Assembly: GCA_043734785.1 (NCBI GenBank)
Contig: JAYTEX010000175.1
Span: forward strand, 704-64,703
Direction: 5' to 3'
Length of the DNA: 64,000 bases
Source: Pseudomonadota bacterium
Lineage (GTDB): Bacteria > Pseudomonadota > Gammaproteobacteria > Ga0077536
Shown: positions 29,083-38,265 of the stretch, piece after piece
How positions within the stretch are numbered: position 1 is the first letter of the stretch
Layout of the letters: the number at the start of each line of letters is the position of its first letter
Made by a program: the position numbers and the translations under genes
Notes under the pieces: generated by a model
Databases searched by the model: none
What the model was told of the DNA's origin: nothing
The model's input: only the letters and a program-made list of their open reading frames with translations

Positions 29083-31353
29083 CTAGAACTGATACTTCAG
29101 TTGGAAAAATAACTCGTCGTTGTTACGCAGCGCACCGATGCCTTCGCGTGCCACACCGAATACCGATTGCTGCGCAAAAGTGTCATTGCCACTGCCTTTG
29201 CCGCCCTGGATGGGTACCACAAATGTGGAGAACGGACCGGAATCATGCCGGAAGTTCTCGTTGCCACCCCAAATGGTGTGGAGACCACCCTTGATGGACC
29301 AGTGGTTATCAATCTTCCACTCGGTGTTGAAGCCGGCCACCCAGGAGTTTGAGGCCTCTTCCCACACCAGGAAGCCGATCGGGGTCACCCGATCGCGCAT
29401 GTAGTTGGCGATGAAGAAGAAGGTGGCGATGAAGTTGTGCTCATCGGTATAGAAACCGGTGTGCTTGTCCCCTTCATGATCGATGTACCAAGTGTCGAAG
29501 AGCTGGGTAGACAGGAAGAAGGTCCGGTTCTTGTTCAGCCATTTGATCCAGGTGGGACGGTCAATACCGATCGACCAACGCATCACGTCGCTTTCATCTA
29601 CCCAGTTAGCCTTGCGCGTGTTGTTCACGAGCTCGTCCAGGGTAATCGAAGATTCGACGCGAAGTACGGTGCCGGTAAGGCTTTCGAAGTAGTCGAAAGA
29701 CATGCCGGTGGTATTCGAACGCTTGTACTGGATGTCTGTCTGGCCGCCGAGCACTGAAAAGTTCTGAGCTCCGCCTGTCCAGAAAAGGCTCGCATCATTT
29801 TGCGCAATGGCCTGTCGTGCCAAGGCTCCGCCCGCCGTATTGTTCTGGGCGATCGTATTGATTGCGTCCTGGGGATCCATCACTCGAATGGGGATATTCC
29901 CCTGGGCTGGATTCGCCCGCATTTCTGCCAGACCGAAGATCAACGCGTCATTGGCGGCGCCCACGTTTCCGTTAAATCCGCTGACAGCATTCACGTTCAC
30001 ACTGTGGAAACGGAAGATCGGAGTGTCCTGATAACCGTTGTAGTTCGTAAATGCAAAATGCACTTCACTCAAACGAAACTCCCAACGGACGCCGCCTTCA
30101 GTGTGGTCAAAGGACCAATCCGGGCGATCTTCCAGATTCAACCCGACGGGCTGGCCGAAACCAGACGGCAAACGGGGATCGTTCGGACCTTGGGCGCCGC
30201 AGATATCGGCTGCCGTAACACCAGGTAGATTAACCGAGTTCACCCCTAAGCAAGGTTCCACCGAGAAGAACGTATTGAACGCCGCGAAGGTCGATTTTTC
30301 CTTGGCGAACGGATGTGCCCAACCGGCGCCCGGATTGCCTAAGCCGACCGGTTCGAACTGATCGAAGTTCCACAGGAACTGGATCGCGTTGTCGGTGGTC
30401 GGGCCTAGGTCACCAAACTTCCATTGCGCCGAAGCCATCCATTGCGGGATGCGGATGTCCTCAAAGGAGTCAAAGAAGAAATGCTGGCCGAAATCGACCG
30501 GATTAACGATATCTTGCAGACGGAAGAAGTCCGTCTTCCCCCACACGATTTGCTGCTTGCCGACGCGGAACCACCAGTCGCCCACCGTCGCGTCCGCGTA
30601 GAGTTCGCGAAACGGATAGATGCGGCGGTTGGAGTCCGTGTTGTTCATCGCAACGTCCAACGGATCGTTATCGACATTCAAACAGCGCGTGCAGTCGAGT
30701 TCCATGCCACTCGTGACGGACACGACCGGGAAGCCCGATTGGCCGGCACCGCCAGGGTTAAACGCGGTGGCTGTACTGAATTTCGAGCCATTTGCCGCTC
30801 GACCGAAAATGGCCTCGAAATTTCCCGACAACCAAGCCTCGTTCTGCAGTCCCTGGGTCACAATCTTCGAGATACCGCCAGTACTGAATTGTGCGTGGCC
30901 GTCAGACGCCGTCACACCGGTTGAGCCCAGCAGATAGTCAAAGCCACCAAACCCAACCGGATCGTTCTGAAAGTTGAAGGTGTTCCCGAGGTAGGAAGGC
31001 TTAGTGCCCCCGCGACCCCGATCGCCACTTAAGGAATCACCATAGTAATAAGCGGCATCGAATTCGGGCCGCACCACAGTGACGAACGATAAGGTATCGA
31101 ACACACCAACATCCGTGTAATTCGCGGACGCCTCGATCTGGAGGCGTTGAATCCACTGATTCAGGTACTGATCGCCATTACCGACGGTCGCGCGTGCCTC
31201 ACTCGAAATGAACCCGTTAATTTCAACTTCACCACCAAGCGCATCGATCGTGATACGCGCTTCCGCCGGCGTGCTCACCACGAGCGCCGAGGTCAACGCG
31301 TAAGCGCCAATTGATAGAGCGCGTAAAGTGCGTTTCATCGCGTTATCTCCCAT
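29083..31353 (-). CDS. DUF1302-family outer-membrane beta-barrel protein (756 aa), with signal peptide
   Basis: It has a signal peptide MKRTLRALSIGAYALTSALVVSTPAEA, alternating beta-strand-like composition rich in G/N/F/Y/W/D, and a C-terminal ...FQLKYQF (OMP-type terminal Phe). Its size and context with DUF1329 are typical. Confidence 0.8.
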   Translation of the reverse strand: MGDNAMKRTLRALSIGAYALTSALVVSTPAEARITIDALGGEVEINGFISSEARATVGNGDQYLNQWIQRLQIEASANYTDVGVFDTLSFVTVVRPEFDAAYYYGDSLSGDRGRGGTKPSYLGNTFNFQNDPVGFGGFDYLLGSTGVTASDGHAQFSTGGISKIVTQGLQNEAWLSGNFEAIFGRAANGSKFSTATAFNPGGAGQSGFPVVSVTSGMELDCTRCLNVDNDPLDVAMNNTDSNRRIYPFRELYADATVGDWWFRVGKQQIVWGKTDFFRLQDIVNPVDFGQHFFFDSFEDIRIPQWMASAQWKFGDLGPTTDNAIQFLWNFDQFEPVGLGNPGAGWAHPFAKEKSTFAAFNTFFSVEPCLGVNSVNLPGVTAADICGAQGPNDPRLPSGFGQPVGLNLEDRPDWSFDHTEGGVRWEFRLSEVHFAFTNYNGYQDTPIFRFHSVNVNAVSGFNGNVGAANDALIFGLAEMRANPAQGNIPIRVMDPQDAINTIAQNNTAGGALARQAIAQNDASLFWTGGAQNFSVLGGQTDIQYKRSNTTGMSFDYFESLTGTVLRVESSITLDELVNNTRKANWVDESDVMRWSIGIDRPTWIKWLNKNRTFFLSTQLFDTWYIDHEGDKHTGFYTDEHNFIATFFFIANYMRDRVTPIGFLVWEEASNSWVAGFNTEWKIDNHWSIKGGLHTIWGGNENFRHDSGPFSTFVVPIQGGKGSGNDTFAQQSVFGVAREGIGALRNNDELFFQLKYQF

Positions 31354-31796
31354 AGTTTCCCCCTTCTATAACGCAGTGACCGGCCTCTCCGAGCCCAAGT
31401 CGCTGCAATCTCTCACCATTAATATGGATCGACCCTCGTGGCGAGGCTGACGAAATCGGTTGCGATCCCTCATCCCCTGCGCCGGTCGTTGGTCTCGAAT
31501 TCCTGCGTGCGCGTCGTCATCACGAACCGGCACTTTCCCCCAGCCGGTCGGTTTCTGCGCATTGCCATGCACTCGGGCATGGCCTGACGAGCCTTCGGTT
31601 GCGGGTGAGTTTGCCATAGGTGTTGTATCCGGTAAACATTTTTTTCAATATCTCGCCCCTTCTACTCGATTTAGTGGTGACTTTCCAACTTTCCTACCCT
31701 TTTTCACGTTGGCGCCGTGTCCTTATTCGTCTTCCGCGTTCAGTGCGGAACACCTGTACTCGGTTGCGGGAAGTGCGCGATGATTAGGCGTGAGCG

Positions 31797-31900
31797 TAGA
31801 AACCTCAGTTTGAGAACGTGAGCGCGCGTATGGCTGGATTGGCGTGGGTCGTTCAAATCTGCGTCACGTTATGGGTGAGCGCCGCTACGCCGCGTGTTCA
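31797..31900 (+). repeat. conserved non-coding element copy B, immediately upstream of the LLM monooxygenase gene
   Basis: See copy A. It sits within the 518-bp divergent intergenic region between DUF1302 (minus strand) and the LLM gene (plus strand). Confidence 0.6.
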
Positions 31901-31919
31901 ACGGGGGTTTTTAGGTTGA
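31830..31919 (+). CDS. possible leader peptide / uORF (29 aa, MAGLAWVVQICVTLWVSAATPRVQRGFLG) whose stop TGA overlaps the TTG start of the LLM gene (TTGA)
   Basis: The peptide is partially conserved in copy A (MTGLRVVVQTCVTLG). It is speculative. Confidence 0.25.
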   Translation: MAGLAWVVQICVTLWVSAATPRVQRGFLG

Positions 31920-33304
31920 TAGAGATTGGTGTGTTCCACAACGGGGCGAGCGACCTGCCCCCTATCCGCACCGCGGATGGCACGGTCTGCAATGACGGCT
32001 CACTCGCCGAAGTGCATGCTGCGGCACAACGCACCATCGTCAATCAAATCCGCCAAGGCATCCTCGCGGATACCTTGGGCTTCGATTACTGGTTCCAGAC
32101 CGAGCACCATTTCCAGCCGGAAGGCGCGGAGATGAGTCCGAATCCACTGGCCAGCGAAATGGCCATCGCGGCCAACACTCGCCATATCCGGCTCGGCCAG
32201 GCGGCCAACATCATCACCTGGCATCACCCCGTGCGGCTGGCGGAGATGGCGGCGATGCTGGATGTCGTGAGCGGTGGCCGAGTAGAGGTGGGGGTGGGTC
32301 GCGGCTATCAGCCTCGCGAGAACGAAGTGCTAGGCAAGCCTTACGGCTCAACCATTCAAGATCAAGAACGAAACCGGGTCGCGTTTGCCGAGGCACTGGA
32401 TATTCTCATCAAGTGCTGGACAGAGCCCTCGTTCTCCCATCGCGATGAATTTTTCTCGATTCCGCCCCGCTACACGAAATGGAACCACAAGCAGACGATC
32501 GCCTATTTCGGCATGGACAAAGTCGAGCGCAGAGTGGACGAAATCCTGAAGCTCGGCGGCCCAGACATGTATTCCGCCGGCAATCCCGTGCTTGCGACCA
32601 CCACCACGCTGAAAGAAATCAGCGTGTTTCCACAACCGCTGCAAAAACCCTACCCGCAATTGTGGGAACCGCTGACCAGCCCACGCTCCATCCATTTTGC
32701 GGCGGAAAAAGGCGTAAATGGGTATTTCATTATCGAACCCACCCCGCGCCTCAAACAGAACGTGGAACTGTATTACGAAGCGGCGGAGCAAGCCGGCTGG
32801 CCCGATCGATTAAATCGCGGCCGATTCAAGTATGGCTGGGACGCCGAGAAGCGCCGCGGCATCGTGACCTGCCGCTACATTCATCTGCTGCTGCCAGGAA
32901 TGAAGCGTGAGCCCGAGCTTGCGCGCTTCAAACTGGCGCTGGAAGTGCAATGGGACTATTACGGGCCGTTTGGCTTTGCCGCCCTGCTGGCCGCGACCGG
33001 CGATGAGTTTCTCGACCTGCGCACGAAGATCCAACCCGAATCGCTGCTGCAGAAAGAAGTCGCCTTGTTCGGCACGCCGGACGAAGTCGTGGCGCAAATC
33101 ATGCGCATCAAGGAAGACGTGGGGTATGAAGACTTCATGTTTCATTGCTGGTTCGAGCTGGCCGGCTTCAAGGGACCGGAAATCGAAGACCAGATGCGCT
33201 ACTTCGCCGAGACCTGCATGCCACTCCTGCACCGCGCCTGCGGCGGGCGACCGCCACGCCGCGAGGCCTTCGAAGTGCCGTCCTTTGATGATGTGCGGCG
33301 CTGA
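31916..33304 (+). CDS. LLM-class flavin-dependent monooxygenase (large, about 460 aa)
   Basis: It has the bacterial luciferase-family N-terminus LIEIGVFHNG..., a flavin-site-like middle region, and a C-terminal GTPDEVVAQIMRIKEDVGYEDFM. It is followed by a flavin reductase. The start is ambiguous: TTG 31916, or in-frame ATG 31871 or 31844. Confidence 0.75.
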   Translation: MIEIGVFHNGASDLPPIRTADGTVCNDGSLAEVHAAAQRTIVNQIRQGILADTLGFDYWFQTEHHFQPEGAEMSPNPLASEMAIAANTRHIRLGQAANIITWHHPVRLAEMAAMLDVVSGGRVEVGVGRGYQPRENEVLGKPYGSTIQDQERNRVAFAEALDILIKCWTEPSFSHRDEFFSIPPRYTKWNHKQTIAYFGMDKVERRVDEILKLGGPDMYSAGNPVLATTTTLKEISVFPQPLQKPYPQLWEPLTSPRSIHFAAEKGVNGYFIIEPTPRLKQNVELYYEAAEQAGWPDRLNRGRFKYGWDAEKRRGIVTCRYIHLLLPGMKREPELARFKLALEVQWDYYGPFGFAALLAATGDEFLDLRTKIQPESLLQKEVALFGTPDEVVAQIMRIKEDVGYEDFMFHCWFELAGFKGPEIEDQMRYFAETCMPLLHRACGGRPPRREAFEVPSFDDVRR

Positions 33305-33460
33305 AGCGGAAGGGTAAGACTGCGCCGGCAACAACGGCGTGGGGGCTGGAAACGCATGGCGACCTGACTGACTGAAAAGCCCCGCCGCTGCAGAGGCTAG
33401 CCAGTGGCGCCAAGGGGACTCACAATACGCGCTGCCATTCCCCTTAATGAAAGCGCATCG

Positions 33461-33949
33461 ATGACTGAACTTACGCCAGAATATTTCCGCAAGGCTTGTG
33501 GCTACTGGGCCACCGGCGTTTCCATCGTGACCACTCGCGATGTCGATGAAACCCCCTATGGATTGACCATGAACGCGGTCACCTCTTTGTCGCTGACGCC
33601 GGCATTGTTCATTGTCTGTGTGGACAATAAGTCGGACACCTTGGAGCCCATGAAGCGCAGCGGTGTGTTCTGCATCAATGTGCTCAGCGCCGGTCAGCAG
33701 GATTTATCGAACAATTTCTCCAAAAAAAGTCCCAATAAGTTCGAGGGCGTAGGTTTCGAGCGCGGCAGCACGGGCTCGCCCATGTTGGATGGCCGCCTGA
33801 TGGCGATCGATTGCCAGGTAACGGCGGTGCACCCCGGTGGGGACCATCATATTTTTGTCGGCGAAGTCCGCGCTGTCACCTTCCCGGATTCCGACGCGAT
33901 CGAACCGCTGCTCTATTACCGCGGACGCTACACAGGGATCTTGCCCTGA
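33461..33949 (+). CDS. NAD(P)H-flavin reductase (HpaC/flavin-reductase-like domain), partner of the monooxygenase
   Basis: It has the flavin-reductase-like fold signature (YWATGVSIVTTRD...YGLTMNAVTSLSLTPALFIVCV...F..V.F), is about 160 aa, and lies downstream of the LLM gene. Confidence 0.75.
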   Translation: MTELTPEYFRKACGYWATGVSIVTTRDVDETPYGLTMNAVTSLSLTPALFIVCVDNKSDTLEPMKRSGVFCINVLSAGQQDLSNNFSKKSPNKFEGVGFERGSTGSPMLDGRLMAIDCQVTAVHPGGDHHIFVGEVRAVTFPDSDAIEPLLYYRGRYTGILP

Positions 33950-34134
33950 AATTCGCCATTGCGGCGCCCAATAATCCTGGCCAAAAAACGGGGGTTTACT
34001 TGTACCCGCGCCATGCTTATTGGTATGTTACGCGGCCGCAAAACGCGGGTTGGCGGTAATTTTGAGCACGCATTTTTGCGCGGTCCCGCCTGCTCACAGC
34101 ATTCATCATTCATCATCCTGCAGGGCAATGACCC

Positions 34135-35367
34135 ATGACTATTGATCGCAATCGGCTACTCGGCACGCTGGCATTCACCGCCTCAATCGGCCTCGGCGCC
34201 GCACACGCGGCGGACGAAGCGCTGGTCGATCAACGTGCCCCGCTCGTGATCGATTTCCTCGATGGCGCCTACGTGTCCGGGGCAGGCGGCATCGTGGTGA
34301 CTGGCGCACACGGCCTTCTGGGGCTCTTGAAAATGAACGGCCAGGGCGCGGAATTCACCCGCTACCCAAACATTCCGAACGAAGATTTCACGGCACTGGA
34401 ACGCTGGTCAGACACTGAAGTTCTGCTCGGCACGTCTGACGGTAAGGTCTATCTGTTCGACGGCAAGACGGCGACGGAAGTCGGGAAAATTTCCGAGTTC
34501 AACGAACCAGTCCTCGATATCGCGGCCGCGAATGGCACCGCTTGGGCCGTCGGCGGCCGCGGGATGCTCGCGAATACAAAGGACGGTAAAACCTGGTCAC
34601 CGGTCGAAATCCCCGAAGTGACACAGCCGCAAATGACCTTCCCGGGCACCGAACCGGGCGAATGGTACTTCGGGGTCAGCAACTTGAAGATGGACAGCCT
34701 GGTGCTCAACGCTACGGTGGGTGGCAAACCCGTCGTGCTCGATACCGATTACACCCTGTACCCAGATGAAGGCTTCATCCAGTTCATTACGACGTTGGAT
34801 ACGGCCCCGCCGCCCACCATCGACTTCAAGTTTGCCCCTGGGCCAGCCTTTCGCCCAGGCGACGTGTCATGGAACGTGGCGCTGTTCGACGGCACCAAGC
34901 TCACCATCGCCGGTGAGTTCGGCATGATTCTGCAAACCACTGACGGTGGCCAGAATTGGATCCGGCGTGATTCGCTCCTCACGCCCCTAGAGCCCGAACC
35001 GCCGTACTGGATCGCGGGCACGCAGAAGGGTTCGAATATTTACCTAGCCGGTGCGGCAGGGGTAATGCGAGCGAGCACCGATGGCGGCGCGACCTGGGCT
35101 CAATTGCCGGCGCCGAGTGCCGAGGGCGTGTTCGGCGTCGCTGTCACGAGTGCCGGCCAGCCGGCAGTGGCGGGCGCGGTGGGTCTTATTGGCATTCTGA
35201 ACGGTCCCGAATGGACCATCGCTGATCGCAGCGAGCTGCAGCTCTTGTCCTGGATCAGAACCCCGGTGGAGATGCCGGATGGGAGGCTGGTGATGTTGGG
35301 TGGGCGCGCGACAGTCATCGCTTTTAAGGATGGCAAATGGGCCCGTGTTCCCGTCGCTTTCAAATAA
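34135..35367 (+). CDS. Ycf48-like / BNR-repeat beta-propeller protein with signal peptide
   Basis: It has a signal peptide (MTIDRNRLLGTLAFTASIGLGAAHA) and repeated motifs of the form S.DGG.TW (TKDGKTWSPV, TTDGGQNWIRR, STDGGATWAQL) typical of BNR/Ycf48-like propellers. It is a co-conserved partner of DUF1302/DUF1329 clusters. Confidence 0.7.
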   Translation: MTIDRNRLLGTLAFTASIGLGAAHAADEALVDQRAPLVIDFLDGAYVSGAGGIVVTGAHGLLGLLKMNGQGAEFTRYPNIPNEDFTALERWSDTEVLLGTSDGKVYLFDGKTATEVGKISEFNEPVLDIAAANGTAWAVGGRGMLANTKDGKTWSPVEIPEVTQPQMTFPGTEPGEWYFGVSNLKMDSLVLNATVGGKPVVLDTDYTLYPDEGFIQFITTLDTAPPPTIDFKFAPGPAFRPGDVSWNVALFDGTKLTIAGEFGMILQTTDGGQNWIRRDSLLTPLEPEPPYWIAGTQKGSNIYLAGAAGVMRASTDGGATWAQLPAPSAEGVFGVAVTSAGQPAVAGAVGLIGILNGPEWTIADRSELQLLSWIRTPVEMPDGRLVMLGGRATVIAFKDGKWARVPVAFK

Positions 35368-35416
35368 GCGGGCGTCGTCGCTATCGTCGCCTACCATGGC
35401 GGGAGAGTTGGGTCAG

Positions 35417-35995
35417 CTACACCTCGGCCTGGCGGAAGCAACTCACCAAGTGATCGTTCACCATGCCCGTTGCCTGCAGGTGGGCATACATGACGGTGGA
35501 GCCCAGGAACTTGAATCCACGCCGCTTCAGATCTTTGGCCAGTGAGTCCGACTCTGCTGAGGTGGCGACGACGTCTGCCATCGTACGTGGACGATTGACT
35601 CGCGGTTGGCCGTTCACGAATGCCCAGAGGTAATGCTCGAAGCGGCCGAACTCCGCTTGCACTTCGAGAAAACAGCGGGCATTGGAAATAGCCGCTGAGA
35701 TTTTGGCTCGATTGCGGATAATGTTCGGGTTATTCATCAGCGCTTCGATGTGGTGCGTATCGAAGCAGGCGACTTTTTCCGGCTCGAAATTCGCGAAGGC
35801 TGCGCGATAGCCCTGCCGTTTGCGCAACACCGTGAGCCAGCTCAAACCCGCTTGCGCGGCTTCAAGGGTCAGGAATTCGAACAGGATGCGATCGTCGTGG
35901 ACTGGCACGCCCCACTCCGCATCGTGATAGGCGATCATTTCAGGCTTGTCGCCAGCCCATGCGCAACGACTGATCGGTGCCATGCTGCTGCTCAT
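35417..35995 (-). CDS. tag: DNA-3-methyladenine glycosylase I
   Basis: It has YHDAEWGVP, FEFLTLEAAQAGLSW, the Zn-site Cys/His pattern, and GMVNDH. Confidence 0.85.
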   Translation of the reverse strand: MSSSMAPISRCAWAGDKPEMIAYHDAEWGVPVHDDRILFEFLTLEAAQAGLSWLTVLRKRQGYRAAFANFEPEKVACFDTHHIEALMNNPNIIRNRAKISAAISNARCFLEVQAEFGRFEHYLWAFVNGQPRVNRPRTMADVVATSAESDSLAKDLKRRGFKFLGSTVMYAHLQATGMVNDHLVSCFRQAEV

Positions 35996-36028
35996 GAGAA
36001 AATGATCTCCACCGGTCTCAACGTTCGC

Positions 36029-36799
36029 TCAGCGCGGCGGCAATCGACTGGCCGCATCGAGACGAATGCATTCGCCATTAAGATACGAATTCTCGACGAT
36101 GTGTGCGGCCAGCTTGGCGTATTCGCTCGGCATGCCAAAGCGCTTCGGGTATTCGAGCTGTGCTTCGATGCCAGCGCGGATCTTATCCGATAGCCCTTTG
36201 ACCATCGGGGTTTCGAACAGGCCCGGCGCGATGGTCATGCAACGAATGCCGTCTCGTGCCAAATCGCGCGCGATTGGCAACGTCATGCTCACCACGCCCC
36301 CCTTGCTTGCGGCATACGCGGCCTGCCCGGTTTGCCCGTCGTAGGCCGCGATAGAGGCCGTATTGATGATCACGCCGCGCTCGCCACTCGCGCCTTCGGG
36401 GGCGTTCTTGGTCATCTCGAGCGCTGCAAGCCGCAGCACGTTGAAGGTGCCGATCAGGTTGATATTGATGATCCTGACATAGTGATCGAGCGCATGAGGC
36501 TCCCCGCGACTGACCGTCTTGGCCGCCGTGCCGATGCCTGCACAGTTGATGCAGATATGCACCGCGCCGAAGCGGGTCATCACCTGGGTCAGCGCGGCTT
36601 TGACCTCCGCCTCGCTGGTGACGTCCACCCGGCAATACATTGCATTGGCCCCAATCCTGCTCGCCGCCACCTGGCCCAAGTCGTCATTAAGATCGAATAG
36701 CGCGACTTTGGCGCCCGCCGCCGCGAAGGCCTCGGCGCTCGCCTGCCCCAGACCCGACGCGCCGCCGGTGATCACGGCTACTTTCCCGTTGATTTGCAT
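36029..36799 (-). CDS. SDR-family 3-hydroxyacyl-CoA dehydrogenase-like (HSD17B10-type)
   Basis: It has VAVITGGASGLG and a YAASKGG catalytic motif. It is adjacent to a thiolase. Confidence 0.8.
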   Translation of the reverse strand: MQINGKVAVITGGASGLGQASAEAFAAAGAKVALFDLNDDLGQVAASRIGANAMYCRVDVTSEAEVKAALTQVMTRFGAVHICINCAGIGTAAKTVSRGEPHALDHYVRIININLIGTFNVLRLAALEMTKNAPEGASGERGVIINTASIAAYDGQTGQAAYAASKGGVVSMTLPIARDLARDGIRCMTIAPGLFETPMVKGLSDKIRAGIEAQLEYPKRFGMPSEYAKLAAHIVENSYLNGECIRLDAASRLPPR

Positions 36800-36820
36800 G
36801 GTGTGCTCTCGCTCGCAAAA

Positions 36821-38002
36821 TTAAATCAGCTCAATCCCAACGGCGGTCGCTTCCCCCCCCCCGATGCACAGACTCGCAACACCGCGTCGCTTGCCCATGT
36901 CGCGCAAGGCGTGAATCAGGGTGACGATGATGCGCGCGCCTGAGGCGCCCACTGGATGGCCGAGCGCGCACGCACCACCGCGTACATTGACCTTTTCGTG
37001 CGCCAATTTGAGATCGTGCATGGCCGCCATTGCAACGACCGCGAAGGCTTCGTTGATCTCGTAGAGATCGACATCTGCATCGGTCCAGCCGAGACGCTGC
37101 ATGAGTTTCTGGATCGCGAACACCGGTGCCGTGGTGAACCAGCCGGGCTCCTGGGCATGCGTGGCATGGCCCAGGATTCGCGCCAGAGGTACCTGACCGG
37201 AATGTGTAGCGTGGCGTTCGGAAGTCAGAATCAACGCCGCTGCGCCATCCGATATCGAACTCGAATTCGCCGCCGTGACCGTGCCATCTTTGGCGAATGC
37301 CGGACGCAGCTGCGGGATCTTGTCAAGCTTGGCTTTACCGGGTTGTTCATCGATTTCGATCCGCTTGGCGTCGCGACCGTTCATGACGTCGACTGGCGTA
37401 ATCTCCGCCGCGAAGGCCCCCGAGGTAATCGCCTGTTGTGCCCGCTTCAGCGAGGTAATGGCGTAGGCATCTTGCGCTTCACGCGTGAAGCCGTACTTTT
37501 GCGCGCAGTCTTCGGCAAACGTGCCCATCAAGCGACCGCGCTGGTAGACATCCTCAAGACCGTCAATAAACATGTGATCGAGTATTTCGCCATGTCCAAG
37601 CCGCATGCCAACGCGCACTTTAGGCAGCAGGTAGGGCGCGTTGGACATACTCTCCATGCCACCGGCGACGATGACGTTCGCGCTACCCGCCATGATGGCG
37701 TCGTAGCCGATCATCACGGCTTTCATTCCCGAGCCGCACATCTTATTGACCGTGGTGCAGCCGACGCTGCGCGGAATGCCAGCGCCGATCGAAGCCTGCC
37801 GCGCTGGCGCCTGTCCGAGCCCCGCGGGGAGCACGCAGCCCATCAGCGTTTCGTCGACGGTGGCGGGATCGACTTTCGCGCGTTCAAGCGCCGCTTTGAT
37901 GGCGGCGGAACCCAGCGCGGGTGCGGTAACCGAGGCTAAATCGCCTTGCATACCGCCCATGGGCGTGCGTGCCGCGCCGGTGATGACGACTGGATTGTGC
38001 AT
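36821..38002 (-). CDS. acetyl-CoA acetyltransferase / beta-ketothiolase
   Basis: It has NKMCGSGMKAV, ANSSSISDGAA, GHPVGASGAR and CIGGGEA. It carries an in-frame G10 homopolymer at 36853-36862. Confidence 0.9.
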   Translation of the reverse strand: MHNPVVITGAARTPMGGMQGDLASVTAPALGSAAIKAALERAKVDPATVDETLMGCVLPAGLGQAPARQASIGAGIPRSVGCTTVNKMCGSGMKAVMIGYDAIMAGSANVIVAGGMESMSNAPYLLPKVRVGMRLGHGEILDHMFIDGLEDVYQRGRLMGTFAEDCAQKYGFTREAQDAYAITSLKRAQQAITSGAFAAEITPVDVMNGRDAKRIEIDEQPGKAKLDKIPQLRPAFAKDGTVTAANSSSISDGAAALILTSERHATHSGQVPLARILGHATHAQEPGWFTTAPVFAIQKLMQRLGWTDADVDLYEINEAFAVVAMAAMHDLKLAHEKVNVRGGACALGHPVGASGARIIVTLIHALRDMGKRRGVASLCIGGGEATAVGIELI

Positions 38003-38265
38003 GTAAAAAATCTCCAGGATGTTTAAGGCCGTTCATAGTTTACCCCAGAGTCGTTGGCCGTGGCATCGGGAGGGCGCCGGGTCGCGCCTGCGCCAAGGAG
38101 TGCGCAGTCGCAAGACCGACCAGTCCGTCGCCCACGATCGGGGGATCCGCGTGCATGCTGAGCGGATGGGCTCGAGGCGAATAGTGGAGTGACAGAATAT
38201 GCGCGAGGCGGTGAATGGTGCTCCAGTCGCGCCGGGAGATTCCTCGTCACGCCGCCTAGACTGCC

